DNA of 64,000 bases from assembly GCF_032059615.1 (NCBI RefSeq), contig NZ_DAMCAM010000003.1, positions 12,749-76,748 on the forward strand. The letters run 5' to 3'. The translations under genes and the position numbers were made by a program. The notes below the pieces were generated by a model. It did no database searches, was not told the origin of the DNA, and was given only the letters and a program-made list of their open reading frames with translations. This DNA comes from Melaminivora sp. Lineage in GTDB: Bacteria > Pseudomonadota > Gammaproteobacteria > Burkholderiales > Burkholderiaceae_C. Shown here one piece after another: positions 51,285 through 60,962 of this stretch (position 1 is its first letter; every line of letters starts with the position of its first letter).

Positions 51285-54200
51285 TTAGGCAATGCCGATG
51301 ATCTCTTCCGCCTCGCTCCACTGGCCGGGTGCGCGCCAGTGCCGGGCCCAGGCGGCAAAATCGGCGGACGGCATGGGCCGGGCGATGCAATAGCCCTGCG
51401 CCAGGCGGCAGCCCATCCGCAGCAGCATGCGGCCCTGCTCGACGGTTTCCACCCCCTCGGCGATGGTGTCGCAGCCGAATGAGCGCCCCAGGCCGATGAC
51501 TCCCTGCACGATGGCCCGGTCGCCGGCGTCGCTGAGCATGCCCGAGACGAAGCTGCGGTCGAGCTTGAGATGGTCCATGGGCAGGCGGCGCAGGTAGGCC
51601 AGCGACGAGTAGCCGGTGCCAAAATCGTCGAACGACACGCCCACGCCCAGCGCCCGCAGGCGGCGCAGCTCGCGCGCGGCGTGCTCGAGGTCGTAGAGCG
51701 CGGCGCTCTCGGTCAGCTCCACGTGCAGCAGGCGCGCCGGCACCTCGGGGTAGAGTGCCATGCGCGAGGCCACCCAGTCGGCGAAGCCCTCGCGGTGCAG
51801 GTGCTCGGGCGTGATGTTGATGCTGACGGGCAGGGGCAGGCCGTCGTGCATCAGCCGCGCAATCAACGCCAGGGCCGTGTCCACCACCCATTCGCCGAAG
51901 ATGGCCTGCAGCTCCGCCTGCCCCTCGATCAGGTGCAGGAACTGCCCGGGAGCCAGCACGCCGCGCTCCGGGTGCACCCAGCGCGCCAGTGCCTCCGCAC
52001 CCACCACCACGCCCAGGTGCATGTCCACCTTGGGTTGCAGGTACAGGGCCAGCTCCTCGTCCTGCAGGGCCTGCAGCAGCCGCGCGCGTTCGTCGCGGCG
52101 CGCCTGTTCGGCCCGCTCGTGCGCGGCGTCGAAGGCGTGGAAGCGGTTGCGCCCCGCCTGCTTGGCGATGTACATGGCCTGGTCGGCGTGGCGCAGCAGG
52201 GTGTCCCCGTCGGCTCCATCGTCGGGGTAGAGTGTGTAGCCGATGCTGGCCGTGAGCATCACCCGCTCGCCGTCGAGGATGTACGGCATGGCGATGCTCT
52301 CGAGCAGCGCGCGCATGCGCTGTTCGCACGCCGCGTGACCCGGCAGGCCGTGCAGCAGGATGACGAACTCGTCGCCGCCCAGGCGCGCCACGCAGTCGCT
52401 CAGGCGCACCGTCCGCTTGAGGCGCTCGGCCACCTGCACCAGCAGGCGGTCGCCCGCGGCGTGGCCCAGGCGGTCGTTGATGGGCTTGAAGCCGTCCAGG
52501 TCGAGGTAGCCCACGCCCAGCTGCGTGCCGTAGGCGTCGCACTGCTGCATGCCCTCGCGCAGGCGACGCTCCAGCAGCACCCGGTTGGCCAGCCCCGTGA
52601 GCGCGTCGTAGTGCGCCATGCGCTCGAGCTGCTGCTCCTGCGCGCGCTGGCTGGTCACGTCGATGGTCATGCCCACCATGCGCTGCGGCTCGCCCTCGGC
52701 ACTCCAGGAGACCACCTTGCCCAGGCTGCGGATCCAGCGCTCGGCCAGGGCGTCGCGGCTGACGCGGCAGATCAGGTCGAAGGGCTGATGGGGCTCGCCC
52801 AGGTGACGCTCGAGCTCGCGCGAGACGACAGCCGTGTCGGCCTGCGCCAATGCCGTGGCCCACGGGATGGGTCGCAGCTGCGGGTCCTCGGGCAGGCCCA
52901 GCAGGCTGCGCCAGCGGGCATCGCCCGTGATAGAGCCGCTGGCCAGGTCCCAGTCCCACAGGCCCAGCGCCGCCGCCTCGATGGTCAGCGACAGCAGCTC
53001 CTCGCGCTCGCGGATGCTCTGCTCGGCCCGCTTGCGCTCGGTGATGTCGTGCAGCGCAAACAGCCAGCAGGCCTCGCCATGCAGCTGCACGGCGCTCACG
53101 GTCTGCAGCACCGTGCGCTGTTCGCCCGTGGCGGTGGTGATGTCCACCTCGTGGTTCACCAGCTCGCCCCGCTCCTGGGCAATGGCCAGCATGGCCGCGC
53201 GCCGATCCGGATCATGCAGGCCCATCTCGACCGCCGAGCGGCCCAGGACCTGCTCGCGTGTGTAGCCCAGCAGCTGCTCCCAGGCCGGGTTCACGTCCAG
53301 GTGCGCCCCGTCGGCGCGCCGGGTGTAGCCCAGCGGCGTCGGCAGCAGCTGGAAGACCCGCGCCAGCCGCTCCTCGGAGGCGTGCAGCTCCTCGGTGGCG
53401 CGGCGCATCTCGTCGATGTCCTGCAGGATGCCGCGGATGCGCACCACCCGGCCGGCCTCGATCACCGGCTCGCCATGCGCGCGCACCCAGCGGCGGCGAC
53501 CATCATCGGCGCGCACGATCTCCAGCTCCATGCTCCAGGGCGCGCTCTCGCGCAAGCTGCGGCGCATCTGCTCACGCATCGGGCCGCGCCATTCGGGCGC
53601 GACGAAGTCATCCACATAGTTGCGCGGCAGGGCGTCGCCCGCGGAGAGGCCGTGGACGTCGAAGCACACATCCGACCAATAGACGATGCCCGCGCCCGGC
53701 ACCTCCTCCCAGACGCCCAGCCGCGCCATCCAGCCGGCCTGGTGCAGCAGACCGCTGGTGGAGGTCAGCTCGTCGCGCACCTGTTGCTGCTCGGTGATGT
53801 CCAGGTACATGCCCGACAGGCGGCGCACGCGCCCGTCCACACCCTGCTCGACGGCGTGGCCACGCGCGATGAGCCAGCGCCAGCGGCCCTGGTCGTCACG
53901 CATACGGAACTCCGCCTGCACCGCCGTCTCGCGGCCCGCCAGCACGCGGCGCAGGTAGGGCGCAAGGCGCTGCAGGTCGTCGGGATGATGACGCGTGCGG
54001 CGCCAGCGCCGGCCCTCGCGGCTGCGCAGCTGCAGGTGGGCCAGCGTTCCGGTGGCGTCGTCGGGGCTGTCGGCCAGGCCGAGGCTGCGGTACAGGCGCC
54101 CGCCATAAAACAGGCGCTGCCCGGCCACGTCCCACTCCCAGCGCCCGCCGCCGGAAGCGCGCAGGGCGCGCACCAGGTCCTGCTCGCGCCGGGCAAGGGC

Positions 54201-54782
54201 CGTCAGCACCTGGGCGCGGCTGCGCAGCAGGTTCGCACCGCCTGCCAGCAGCAGGACCCCCAGGGTGTAGCGCCAGGGCAGGATCGCCTCCCAGCCCTGC
54301 GGAAAATGCGCCCGCTGCCAGGCGGCGACCAGGCTGTCGGCCAGCCAGGGCAGCAGTACCAGGGGCAGGCTGAACGCCATGCCGACGACTGCCAGCGCTG
54401 GCGCGAGATGCCGGCGCCGCTGCAGCTCCTGCCAGACGAGCCCCAGGCAGAGCGAGGCCGCGGCGACAGCCAGGGCCTGCAGCCACTCGGTGGTCGAGGC
54501 AAGCCCGTGCCCGGCTACCGCCACGGCGGCGGCCACCAGGCCCGAGGCTGGCCCCCAGAGAAAGGCGGCGCAGCCCACCAGGACAGGGTGCACTACCAGG
54601 CCCGTGCCATCGCTCGCCAGCGTGGCCTGGCCCGTGACGATGAGCGAGGCGAAGCCGCTCAACAGGCCCAGGCCCAGCCGGGTCGCCCGGCGCGGGTGGG
54701 CAAGCTCTGCCTGCGGCAGCACCGCCAGAAGCGCGACCAGCAACAGGTGGACGATGGCCGGGACGACGAGGGAACTGTTCAT
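51285..54782 (-). CDS. Membrane-anchored multi-PAS GGDEF-EAL signalling protein (c-di-GMP turnover)
   Basis: Starts MNSSLVVPAIVHLLLVALL. About 230 aa of hydrophobic segments, then about four PAS-like modules. GGDEF domain (RLGGDEFVIL) and EAL domain (GAEALARW...ELTES...DDFGTGYSSL...KLDRSF). About 1165 aa. Confidence 0.9.
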   Translation of the reverse strand: MNSSLVVPAIVHLLLVALLAVLPQAELAHPRRATRLGLGLLSGFASLIVTGQATLASDGTGLVVHPVLVGCAAFLWGPASGLVAAAVAVAGHGLASTTEWLQALAVAAASLCLGLVWQELQRRRHLAPALAVVGMAFSLPLVLLPWLADSLVAAWQRAHFPQGWEAILPWRYTLGVLLLAGGANLLRSRAQVLTALARREQDLVRALRASGGGRWEWDVAGQRLFYGGRLYRSLGLADSPDDATGTLAHLQLRSREGRRWRRTRHHPDDLQRLAPYLRRVLAGRETAVQAEFRMRDDQGRWRWLIARGHAVEQGVDGRVRRLSGMYLDITEQQQVRDELTSTSGLLHQAGWMARLGVWEEVPGAGIVYWSDVCFDVHGLSAGDALPRNYVDDFVAPEWRGPMREQMRRSLRESAPWSMELEIVRADDGRRRWVRAHGEPVIEAGRVVRIRGILQDIDEMRRATEELHASEERLARVFQLLPTPLGYTRRADGAHLDVNPAWEQLLGYTREQVLGRSAVEMGLHDPDRRAAMLAIAQERGELVNHEVDITTATGEQRTVLQTVSAVQLHGEACWLFALHDITERKRAEQSIREREELLSLTIEAAALGLWDWDLASGSITGDARWRSLLGLPEDPQLRPIPWATALAQADTAVVSRELERHLGEPHQPFDLICRVSRDALAERWIRSLGKVVSWSAEGEPQRMVGMTIDVTSQRAQEQQLERMAHYDALTGLANRVLLERRLREGMQQCDAYGTQLGVGYLDLDGFKPINDRLGHAAGDRLLVQVAERLKRTVRLSDCVARLGGDEFVILLHGLPGHAACEQRMRALLESIAMPYILDGERVMLTASIGYTLYPDDGADGDTLLRHADQAMYIAKQAGRNRFHAFDAAHERAEQARRDERARLLQALQDEELALYLQPKVDMHLGVVVGAEALARWVHPERGVLAPGQFLHLIEGQAELQAIFGEWVVDTALALIARLMHDGLPLPVSINITPEHLHREGFADWVASRMALYPEVPARLLHVELTESAALYDLEHAARELRRLRALGVGVSFDDFGTGYSSLAYLRRLPMDHLKLDRSFVSGMLSDAGDRAIVQGVIGLGRSFGCDTIAEGVETVEQGRMLLRMGCRLAQGYCIARPMPSADFAAWARHWRAPGQWSEAEEIIGIA

Positions 54783-54985
54783 CGGCACGCGCGCAGGACG
54801 GCGTTCCGGCGTGGAGGCCAGCCCGCGGTCGACCCGTGCGGCGCGGGTGAAAAAAGGCGAGCCTGGCAAATCATGTGACTGAGTGTAATTGGTGCGGGCG
54901 GTTGGCCCGCCCCTAGAATCGGCCCCCTGTCCGGGGGCTGGCGCGCAGCTGGCGCAGGCCCCGATCCGCCTCCCGCGACCCGCCC

Positions 54986-56392
54986 ATGAAGGAGCCACCC
55001 GTGCATTCCATTTCCCCTGCCATCTTCAAGGCCTACGACATCCGCGGGGTCGTGCCGCAGACACTCGACGAGACCGTGGCGCGGGACCTGGGGCGGGCGT
55101 TCGGCATGGCGGCGCGCGCCGCGGGCGAGCGCACCGTGGCCGTGGGCCGCGACGGCCGCCTGTCCGGGCCGGCGCTGGCTGCGGCCCTGACCGCCGGGCT
55201 GGTGGACGTGGGCCTGGAGGTGATCGACATCGGCGCGGTCACCACGCCGTTGCTGTACTTTGCCGCCAGCACCCTGTGCACGAGCGGCATCCAGGTGACC
55301 GGCAGCCACAATCCCAAGGACTACAACGGCTTCAAGATGGTGCTGGCCGGTCGCGCCATCTACGGCGAGGAGATCCAGGCGCTGCGCCGCGCCATGGAAG
55401 GCCGGCAGTGGCAGCTGGCCGAAGGCGGCAGCGTGCGCCGCGCCGATGTGCTGCCGGCCTACCGCGAGCGCATCACCGGCGACGTGCGGCTGACGCGGCC
55501 CATGAAGATCGTCGTGGACAGCGGCAACGGCATTGCCGGGGCGTCCGCGCCGGGCATCTTCCGGGCGCTGGGCTGCGAGGTGCTGGAGCTGCACTCCGAG
55601 GTGGACGGCGACTTTCCCAACCACCACCCCGACCCGAGCAAGCCGGAGAACCTGCGCGACGTCATCCGCGCGCTGCAGGAGACCGACGCCGAGCTGGGCC
55701 TGGCTTTCGACGGCGACGGCGACCGCCTGGGCATCGTCACCCGGGATGGCAGCAACATCTTCCCCGACCGCCAGATGATGCTGTTCGCGCGCGACGTGCT
55801 CTCGCGCGTGCCGGGCGCTCCCATCGTGTTCGATGTCAAGTGCACCCAGCGCCTGGCGCCAGCCATTCGCGAGGCGGGCGGCGAGCCTGTCATGTACAAG
55901 ACCGGGCATTCGCTGATCAAGGCGCGCATGAAAGAGCTGGACTCGCCCCTGGGCGGCGAGATGAGCGGCCACATCTTCTTCAAGGAGCGCTGGTACGGCT
56001 TCGACGACGGCACCTATGCCGGCTGCCGCCTGCTGGAAATCCTGAGCCGGCACGACGACGCCGGAAGCGTGCTCAATGCCCTGCCCACCAGCCACTCCAC
56101 GCCCGAGCTCAACGTGGCCTGCGAGGAGGGTGAGCCCCACCGCCTGACGGCCGAGCTGCAGGCCCTGGCGGCGGACGCCTTCGCCGCGCCGGCGCGCATC
56201 AGCACCATCGACGGCCTGCGCGTGGACTGGCCCGACGGCTTCGGCCTGATCCGTGCGAGCAACACCACGCCGGTGCTGGTGCTGCGCTTCGAGGGCCAAA
56301 CGCCCGAGGCGCTGGCGCGCATCGAGGCCGACATGCTGGCCCTGCTGGCGCGCGTCAAGCCCGATGCGCAGGTGGGCGGCGCGGCGCACTGA
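54986..56392 (+). CDS. algC: Phosphomannomutase/phosphoglucomutase
   Basis: IFKAYDIRGVV...VTGSHNPKDYNGFK...FDGDGDRLG...GGEMSGH. Confidence 0.9.
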   Translation: MKEPPVHSISPAIFKAYDIRGVVPQTLDETVARDLGRAFGMAARAAGERTVAVGRDGRLSGPALAAALTAGLVDVGLEVIDIGAVTTPLLYFAASTLCTSGIQVTGSHNPKDYNGFKMVLAGRAIYGEEIQALRRAMEGRQWQLAEGGSVRRADVLPAYRERITGDVRLTRPMKIVVDSGNGIAGASAPGIFRALGCEVLELHSEVDGDFPNHHPDPSKPENLRDVIRALQETDAELGLAFDGDGDRLGIVTRDGSNIFPDRQMMLFARDVLSRVPGAPIVFDVKCTQRLAPAIREAGGEPVMYKTGHSLIKARMKELDSPLGGEMSGHIFFKERWYGFDDGTYAGCRLLEILSRHDDAGSVLNALPTSHSTPELNVACEEGEPHRLTAELQALAADAFAAPARISTIDGLRVDWPDGFGLIRASNTTPVLVLRFEGQTPEALARIEADMLALLARVKPDAQVGGAAH

Positions 56393-56440
56393 CGTCCACG
56401 TCCTGCGCTCTTCGATCTGCGCCCGACCCCGTCCGCTTTC

Positions 56441-57790
56441 GTGCAGCAGCTTGCGCTGTGGCTCTACAGCCTGGCCACGTGGCTGGCGCAGCCGCTGCTG
56501 CGCCGGCGGCTGCGCCGGCGCGCCCAGGCTGAGCCGCTCTACGGCGAGCACGTGCCCGAGCGCTTTGGGCACTACCTGCCGCTGCCGTCCGGGCAGGGCG
56601 CCGCGGCCGGCCCCCTGGTCTGGCTGCATGCCGTCTCGCTGGGCGAGACCCGCGCCGCCGCGCTGCTGCTGGCCGAGCTGCGCCCGCTGCTGCCCGGCAT
56701 GCGGCTGCTGCTGACCCACGGCACGGCCACCGGCCGCGCGGAAGGCGCGCGGCTGCTGGCCCCGGGCGACCTGCAGGTCTGGCTGCCGTGGGACACGCGC
56801 GCCGCCACGCGCCGCTTCGTGCGGCACTTCCGCCCGGCCCTCGGCATCCTGATGGAGACCGAGGTCTGGCCCAACCTGGCAGCGAGCTGCCGACACGCTG
56901 GCGTGCCGCTGGTTCTGGCCAATGCGCGGCTCAACGCCCGCTCCTACGCGGGGGCCCAGCGCCTGGCCTGGCTGGCGCGGCCGGCCTACCAGGGCCTGGC
57001 CGCCGCGTGGGCCCAGTCCGCGCAGGACGCAAAACGGCTGGCCGCGCTGGGCGCGCCCGTGGCCGGCGTGCTGGGCAACCTCAAGTTCGACGTGCGGCCC
57101 GACGCCGGGCAGCTGGCCCAGGGCCACGCCTGGCGCGGCCGCAGCGCCCGCCCCGTGGTGCTGCTGGCCAGCAGCCGCGAGGGCGAGGAGGCGCAGTGGC
57201 TGCGCGCGGTGCAGGAACATTTCAAGGAAAAACCGGCTCCATCCCTTGAGGGGCAAGGACTTTCAGCTATCAAATCAGAGAGCGCTGCCGCAGTGCAATG
57301 GCTGCTCGTGCCGCGCCATCCGCAGCGCTTCGACGAGGTCGAGCAGTTGTGCCTCGCGGCGGGACTGCGCGTGTCCCGGCGCAGCTGCTGGAGCGGCGAG
57401 CCCGAGGCAGCCGACGTCTGGCTGGGCGACAGCATGGGCGAAATGGCGCTGTACTACGGCCTGGCCGACGTGGCGCTGCTGGGCGGCAGCTTCGAGCCCC
57501 TGGGCGGGCAAAACCTGATCGAGGCCGCGGCCTGCGGCTGCCCGGTGGTCATGGGGCCGCACACCTTCAATTTCACCGAGGCGGCGCAGCTGGCCAGCGC
57601 CGCCGGCGCGGCCGAGCGGGTGGCCGACATGCGCGCCGGCGTGGCCGCAGCCGTGGCCCTGGCGCTGGACGCGCCGCGCCGCGCGGTGGTTGTCGGGCAG
57701 GCGCAGGCCTTCGCGCAAGCCCACCGGGGCGCGGCAGGCGCGATGGCGCAGGCTATCGCCCGGCTGCTGCAGGCAAAAGCAGGGCGGTAA
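56441..57790 (+). CDS. waaA: 3-deoxy-D-manno-octulosonic acid (Kdo) transferase
   Basis: GTG start. LVWLHAVSLGETRAA...LLTHGTATG...METEVWPNL...LVPRHPQRF...GDSMGEM...GGQNLIEAAACGCPVVMGPHTFNF. Confidence 0.9.
   Translation: MQQLALWLYSLATWLAQPLLRRRLRRRAQAEPLYGEHVPERFGHYLPLPSGQGAAAGPLVWLHAVSLGETRAAALLLAELRPLLPGMRLLLTHGTATGRAEGARLLAPGDLQVWLPWDTRAATRRFVRHFRPALGILMETEVWPNLAASCRHAGVPLVLANARLNARSYAGAQRLAWLARPAYQGLAAAWAQSAQDAKRLAALGAPVAGVLGNLKFDVRPDAGQLAQGHAWRGRSARPVVLLASSREGEEAQWLRAVQEHFKEKPAPSLEGQGLSAIKSESAAAVQWLLVPRHPQRFDEVEQLCLAAGLRVSRRSCWSGEPEAADVWLGDSMGEMALYYGLADVALLGGSFEPLGGQNLIEAAACGCPVVMGPHTFNFTEAAQLASAAGAAERVADMRAGVAAAVALALDAPRRAVVVGQAQAFAQAHRGAAGAMAQAIARLLQAKAGR
57226..57276 (-). repeat. Structured ~50-bp repeat element, copy h, lying in-frame inside the waaA CDS
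   Basis: Minus strand reads GATTTGATAGC-TGAAA-GTCCTTG-CCCCT-CAAGGGA-TGGAGCC-GGTTTTTCC. It encodes FKEKPAPSLEGQGLSAIKS in WaaA. Local G+C is 29/60 over 57221-57280. Confidence 0.6.
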
Positions 57791-57851
57791 AGGCGCCCTT
57801 GCTGCGCCAGGGTGCTGGCTGCCGCGCGACTCCTGCACCACAATCGCCGCC

Positions 57852-60557
57852 ATGATGGACAAGCACTACCTCACGCCCCTGTTCAACCCCGGCTCGGTCA
57901 TCGTGCTCGCCGGCAGCGACGACACGCCCGAGGCCCTCACCCCGCAGGCGCGGGTGCTGCGCGAGGCCATCCGGGCGCAGCGCTACAGCGGCGAGCTCAC
58001 CTTCCTTGGCGTGCACACCAGCGGCACCCTGGCCGACCTGGCGCAGACCCGGGCCGACCTGGCCGTCATCGCCCTGCCGCCCGACGAGCTGGCCGCGGGG
58101 CTTGAGCTGGCCGGCCGCGTCAACTGCCGCTGCGCCCTGGTGGTCTCCAGCGGCATCGATGCCGAGCTGGCCGACAGGCTGCACAAGATCGCGCGGCGTG
58201 AGGGCATGCACCTGCTGGGTCCCAACTCGCTGGGCATCCAGCGGCCGTCCCTGGGGCTCAATGCCAGCGCCGCCGGGCCGCTGGCGCGCGACGGCTCGCT
58301 GGCGCTGGTGTGCCAGTCGGGGGCGCTGACGTCCTCCATCCTGGACTGGGCGCGCAACAACGCCGTGGGGTTCTCCAGTGTCATTTCGCTCGGGCCGCAC
58401 ACCGACCTGGGCCTGAGCGAAGCGCTGGACTTTCTCGCCAACGACCCCCGCACGCAGAGCATCGTCGTCTACATGGAGGGCATACAGAACGCGCGCCGCT
58501 TCATGAGCGCGCTGCGCTCGGCAGCGCATGCCAAGCCGGTGGTGGTGCTCAAGGCCGGCCGCAAGGCTGCCGGCAACGAGGCGGCGCAGACGCACAGCGC
58601 AGCCATCGTCGGCAGCGACGACGTATTCGACGCCGCGCTGCGCCGCGCCGGCGCCGTGCGCGTGCGCTCCTTCGTCGAGCTGTTCTCCGCGGCCAAGTGC
58701 CTGGCGTCCCGCTACCGCCCCGTGGGCCGGCGCCTGGCGCTGATCACCAACGGCGGCGGGCCCGGCGTGCTGGCAGCCGACTGGGCCAATGAGATCGGCC
58801 TGGATCTGGGCCGGCCCTCGGCGGAGAGCGCCGCGGCGCTGGCCGAAAAACTGCCGCCCCTGGCGACGCTGAGCGACCTGATGGACGTGTCGGAAGAGGC
58901 CGGGCCCGAGCACTACCGGGCCGCGCTGGAGTCGGCCTTCCGCGACCGCCAGATCGACGGGGTGCTGGCCATCTTCTCGCCCAAGGAGGGTGTCGATGCC
59001 GTCGCAGTGGCCACGGCAGTCGCCGAGGCCAAGCGCCTGGCGCCCAAGCCCCTGCTGGCCTGCTGGATGGGCGACGCCTCGGTGGTGCCGGCGCGCGAGG
59101 TGCTGCGGGGCGCGCAGATCCCCAACTTCCGCACGCCCGAGGCGGCGGTGGGGGCCTTCGGCAACATCGCCTCGTTCTATCAGAACCAGCAGCTGCTGCA
59201 GCAGACGCCGGCGCCGCTCACGGCCCTGGCCAAGCCCGACATCGAAGGCGCACGGCTGGTCATCGAGACGGTGCTGGCCGAGCGCCGCCACGTGCTCACC
59301 GAGATGGAGTCGAAGACGCTGCTGGCGGCCTTCCACATTCCGGTCACGCGCACTCTGCTGGCGCGCAACGCGCACGAGGCCATGATGATCGGCACGCAGC
59401 TCGGGTTTCCGGTAGTGCTCAAGATCGACTCGCCCGACATCGCGCACAAATCCGACGTGGGCGGCGTGGCGCTGAACGTGCAGAACGGCGCCGCTGCGCG
59501 CGACGCCTACTCCGACATGGTGCAGCGCGTGGGCCGGCTGCAGCCCGGCGCGCGCATCAACGGCGTGACCGTGCAGCCCATGGTGCGCGCGCGGCGCGGG
59601 CGCGAGATCTATATCGGCCTGACCACCGACGAGCCGTTCGGGCCGGTCATCACCTTCGGCGCCGGCGGCACCATGATCGAGCTGATCAACGACCGCGCCA
59701 TGGAGCTGCCGCCGCTCAACCAGTTCCTGGCGCGCCGGCTGATGGATCGCTCGCGCGTGGCCGAGATGCTGGGTGAGTGGCGCGGCGCGCCGGCGGTGAA
59801 CCGTCAGATGCTGGAGCAGACGTTGCTGCGCGTATCGGAGATGGTCTGCGCCCTGCCACAGCTGCGCGAAATGGACATCAACCCACTGATCGTGGATGAG
59901 GAGGGCGCTATCGCAGTCGATGCACGCATCGTCATCCATGAAAGCTCGCAGCCCGGCATCCGCGCCGACGGGCCGGGCCTGGGGCAATACAACCACCTGT
60001 CCATCCTGCCGTACCCGGCGCGTTACGAACAGGTCTGGCCGCTGCGCGGCGGTGGGGAATACCTCGTGCGCCCGATCCGGCCCGACGACGCGCAGATGGT
60101 GCAGCGCCTGGTGCGCGAGCTGTCCTCCGAGAGCCGCTACTTCCGCTTCGTCTCGCAGCTCACCGAGCTGCCCGCATCGATGCTGGCGCGCTTCACGCTC
60201 ATCGACTACGACCGGGAAATGGCGCTGGTGGCCGTGCACCGCGAGCGCGTGGTGGACGACAACGGCGAGGTCAGCCACACGCAGCGCATCGTCGGGGTGT
60301 CGCGCTACGTGACCAACCCGGACCACACCACGTGCGAGTTCGCCCTGCTGGTGGCCGACGATTTTGCTGGCCGGGGCCTGGGTTCGCGCCTGATGCTGAG
60401 CATCATGGAGGTGGCACGCGACCGCGGGCTGTCGGAGGTCCAGGGCCTAGTGCTGGCCAGCAACCCCAACATGCTCAAGCTGATGCGCCGCCTGGGCTTC
60501 GAGGTGCGGCCGTTTCCGGACGACCCGGAGTTCCGCCTCGTGGTGCACCAGCTGTGA
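57852..60557 (+). CDS. patZ: Protein lysine acetyltransferase Pat/PatZ-type (ADP-forming acyl-CoA synthetase-like domain plus C-terminal GNAT)
   Basis: MMDKHYLTPLFNPGSVIVLAGS..., CoA-binding and ATP-grasp-like regions, and C-terminal GNAT (LLVADDFAGRGLGSRLM). About 901 aa. Confidence 0.85.
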   Translation: MMDKHYLTPLFNPGSVIVLAGSDDTPEALTPQARVLREAIRAQRYSGELTFLGVHTSGTLADLAQTRADLAVIALPPDELAAGLELAGRVNCRCALVVSSGIDAELADRLHKIARREGMHLLGPNSLGIQRPSLGLNASAAGPLARDGSLALVCQSGALTSSILDWARNNAVGFSSVISLGPHTDLGLSEALDFLANDPRTQSIVVYMEGIQNARRFMSALRSAAHAKPVVVLKAGRKAAGNEAAQTHSAAIVGSDDVFDAALRRAGAVRVRSFVELFSAAKCLASRYRPVGRRLALITNGGGPGVLAADWANEIGLDLGRPSAESAAALAEKLPPLATLSDLMDVSEEAGPEHYRAALESAFRDRQIDGVLAIFSPKEGVDAVAVATAVAEAKRLAPKPLLACWMGDASVVPAREVLRGAQIPNFRTPEAAVGAFGNIASFYQNQQLLQQTPAPLTALAKPDIEGARLVIETVLAERRHVLTEMESKTLLAAFHIPVTRTLLARNAHEAMMIGTQLGFPVVLKIDSPDIAHKSDVGGVALNVQNGAAARDAYSDMVQRVGRLQPGARINGVTVQPMVRARRGREIYIGLTTDEPFGPVITFGAGGTMIELINDRAMELPPLNQFLARRLMDRSRVAEMLGEWRGAPAVNRQMLEQTLLRVSEMVCALPQLREMDINPLIVDEEGAIAVDARIVIHESSQPGIRADGPGLGQYNHLSILPYPARYEQVWPLRGGGEYLVRPIRPDDAQMVQRLVRELSSESRYFRFVSQLTELPASMLARFTLIDYDREMALVAVHRERVVDDNGEVSHTQRIVGVSRYVTNPDHTTCEFALLVADDFAGRGLGSRLMLSIMEVARDRGLSEVQGLVLASNPNMLKLMRRLGFEVRPFPDDPEFRLVVHQL

Positions 60558-60597
60558 AACTGCGGCGGGCGTCCTGTGCGGGCGCGCGCCGCGGCCG

Positions 60598-60756
60598 TCA
60601 TATCCGGCCCATAAGCAGCAGCACCAGCAGGATCAGCACCACCAGGCCGACGCCGCCGCCAGGGCCATAGCCCCAGGAGCGGCTGTAACCCCAGGTGGGC
60701 AGCACACCGATCAGGATGAGGACCAGCACGATCAGCAGGATCAGGGAGAGCGACAT
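60598..60756 (-). CDS. DUF3309-like small membrane protein (52 aa)
   Basis: MSLSLILLIVLVLILIGVLPTWGYSRSWGYGPGGGVGLVVLILLVLLLMGRI. AAAGGAAA SD upstream of the ATG at 60756. The upstream part of track ORF 60598..60942 is rejected. Confidence 0.7.
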   Translation of the reverse strand: MSLSLILLIVLVLILIGVLPTWGYSRSWGYGPGGGVGLVVLILLVLLLMGRI

Positions 60757-60962
60757 GGTGGGATTTCCTTTCGGTTGTCCGGCGCCTGAAGCTGGCGGCC
60801 GGGGATGCGCTTCATTGTTCGCGCCCGGCTGTTGGCCGCCGGGTAGGCGGGCGGCGCGAGGCTGGGTAAGGAACACCTCGCGCTCCCTGGACGCTCTCCT
60901 ACAGTGCAAGGAGGGCAGAGCGCTTAGTTTTGCCGCTCCCACGACCCACAGGAGCGTCTTTC

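Noticed and set aside
51570-54878. 1102-aa plus-strand ORF antisense to the PAS-GGDEF-EAL gene
   Set aside because: Shadow ORF. It has no motifs, and the minus strand carries intact PAS, GGDEF and EAL signatures.
57753-60326. 857-aa minus-strand ORF antisense to patZ
   Set aside because: Shadow ORF. The plus strand encodes a full-length Pat-type acetyltransferase.
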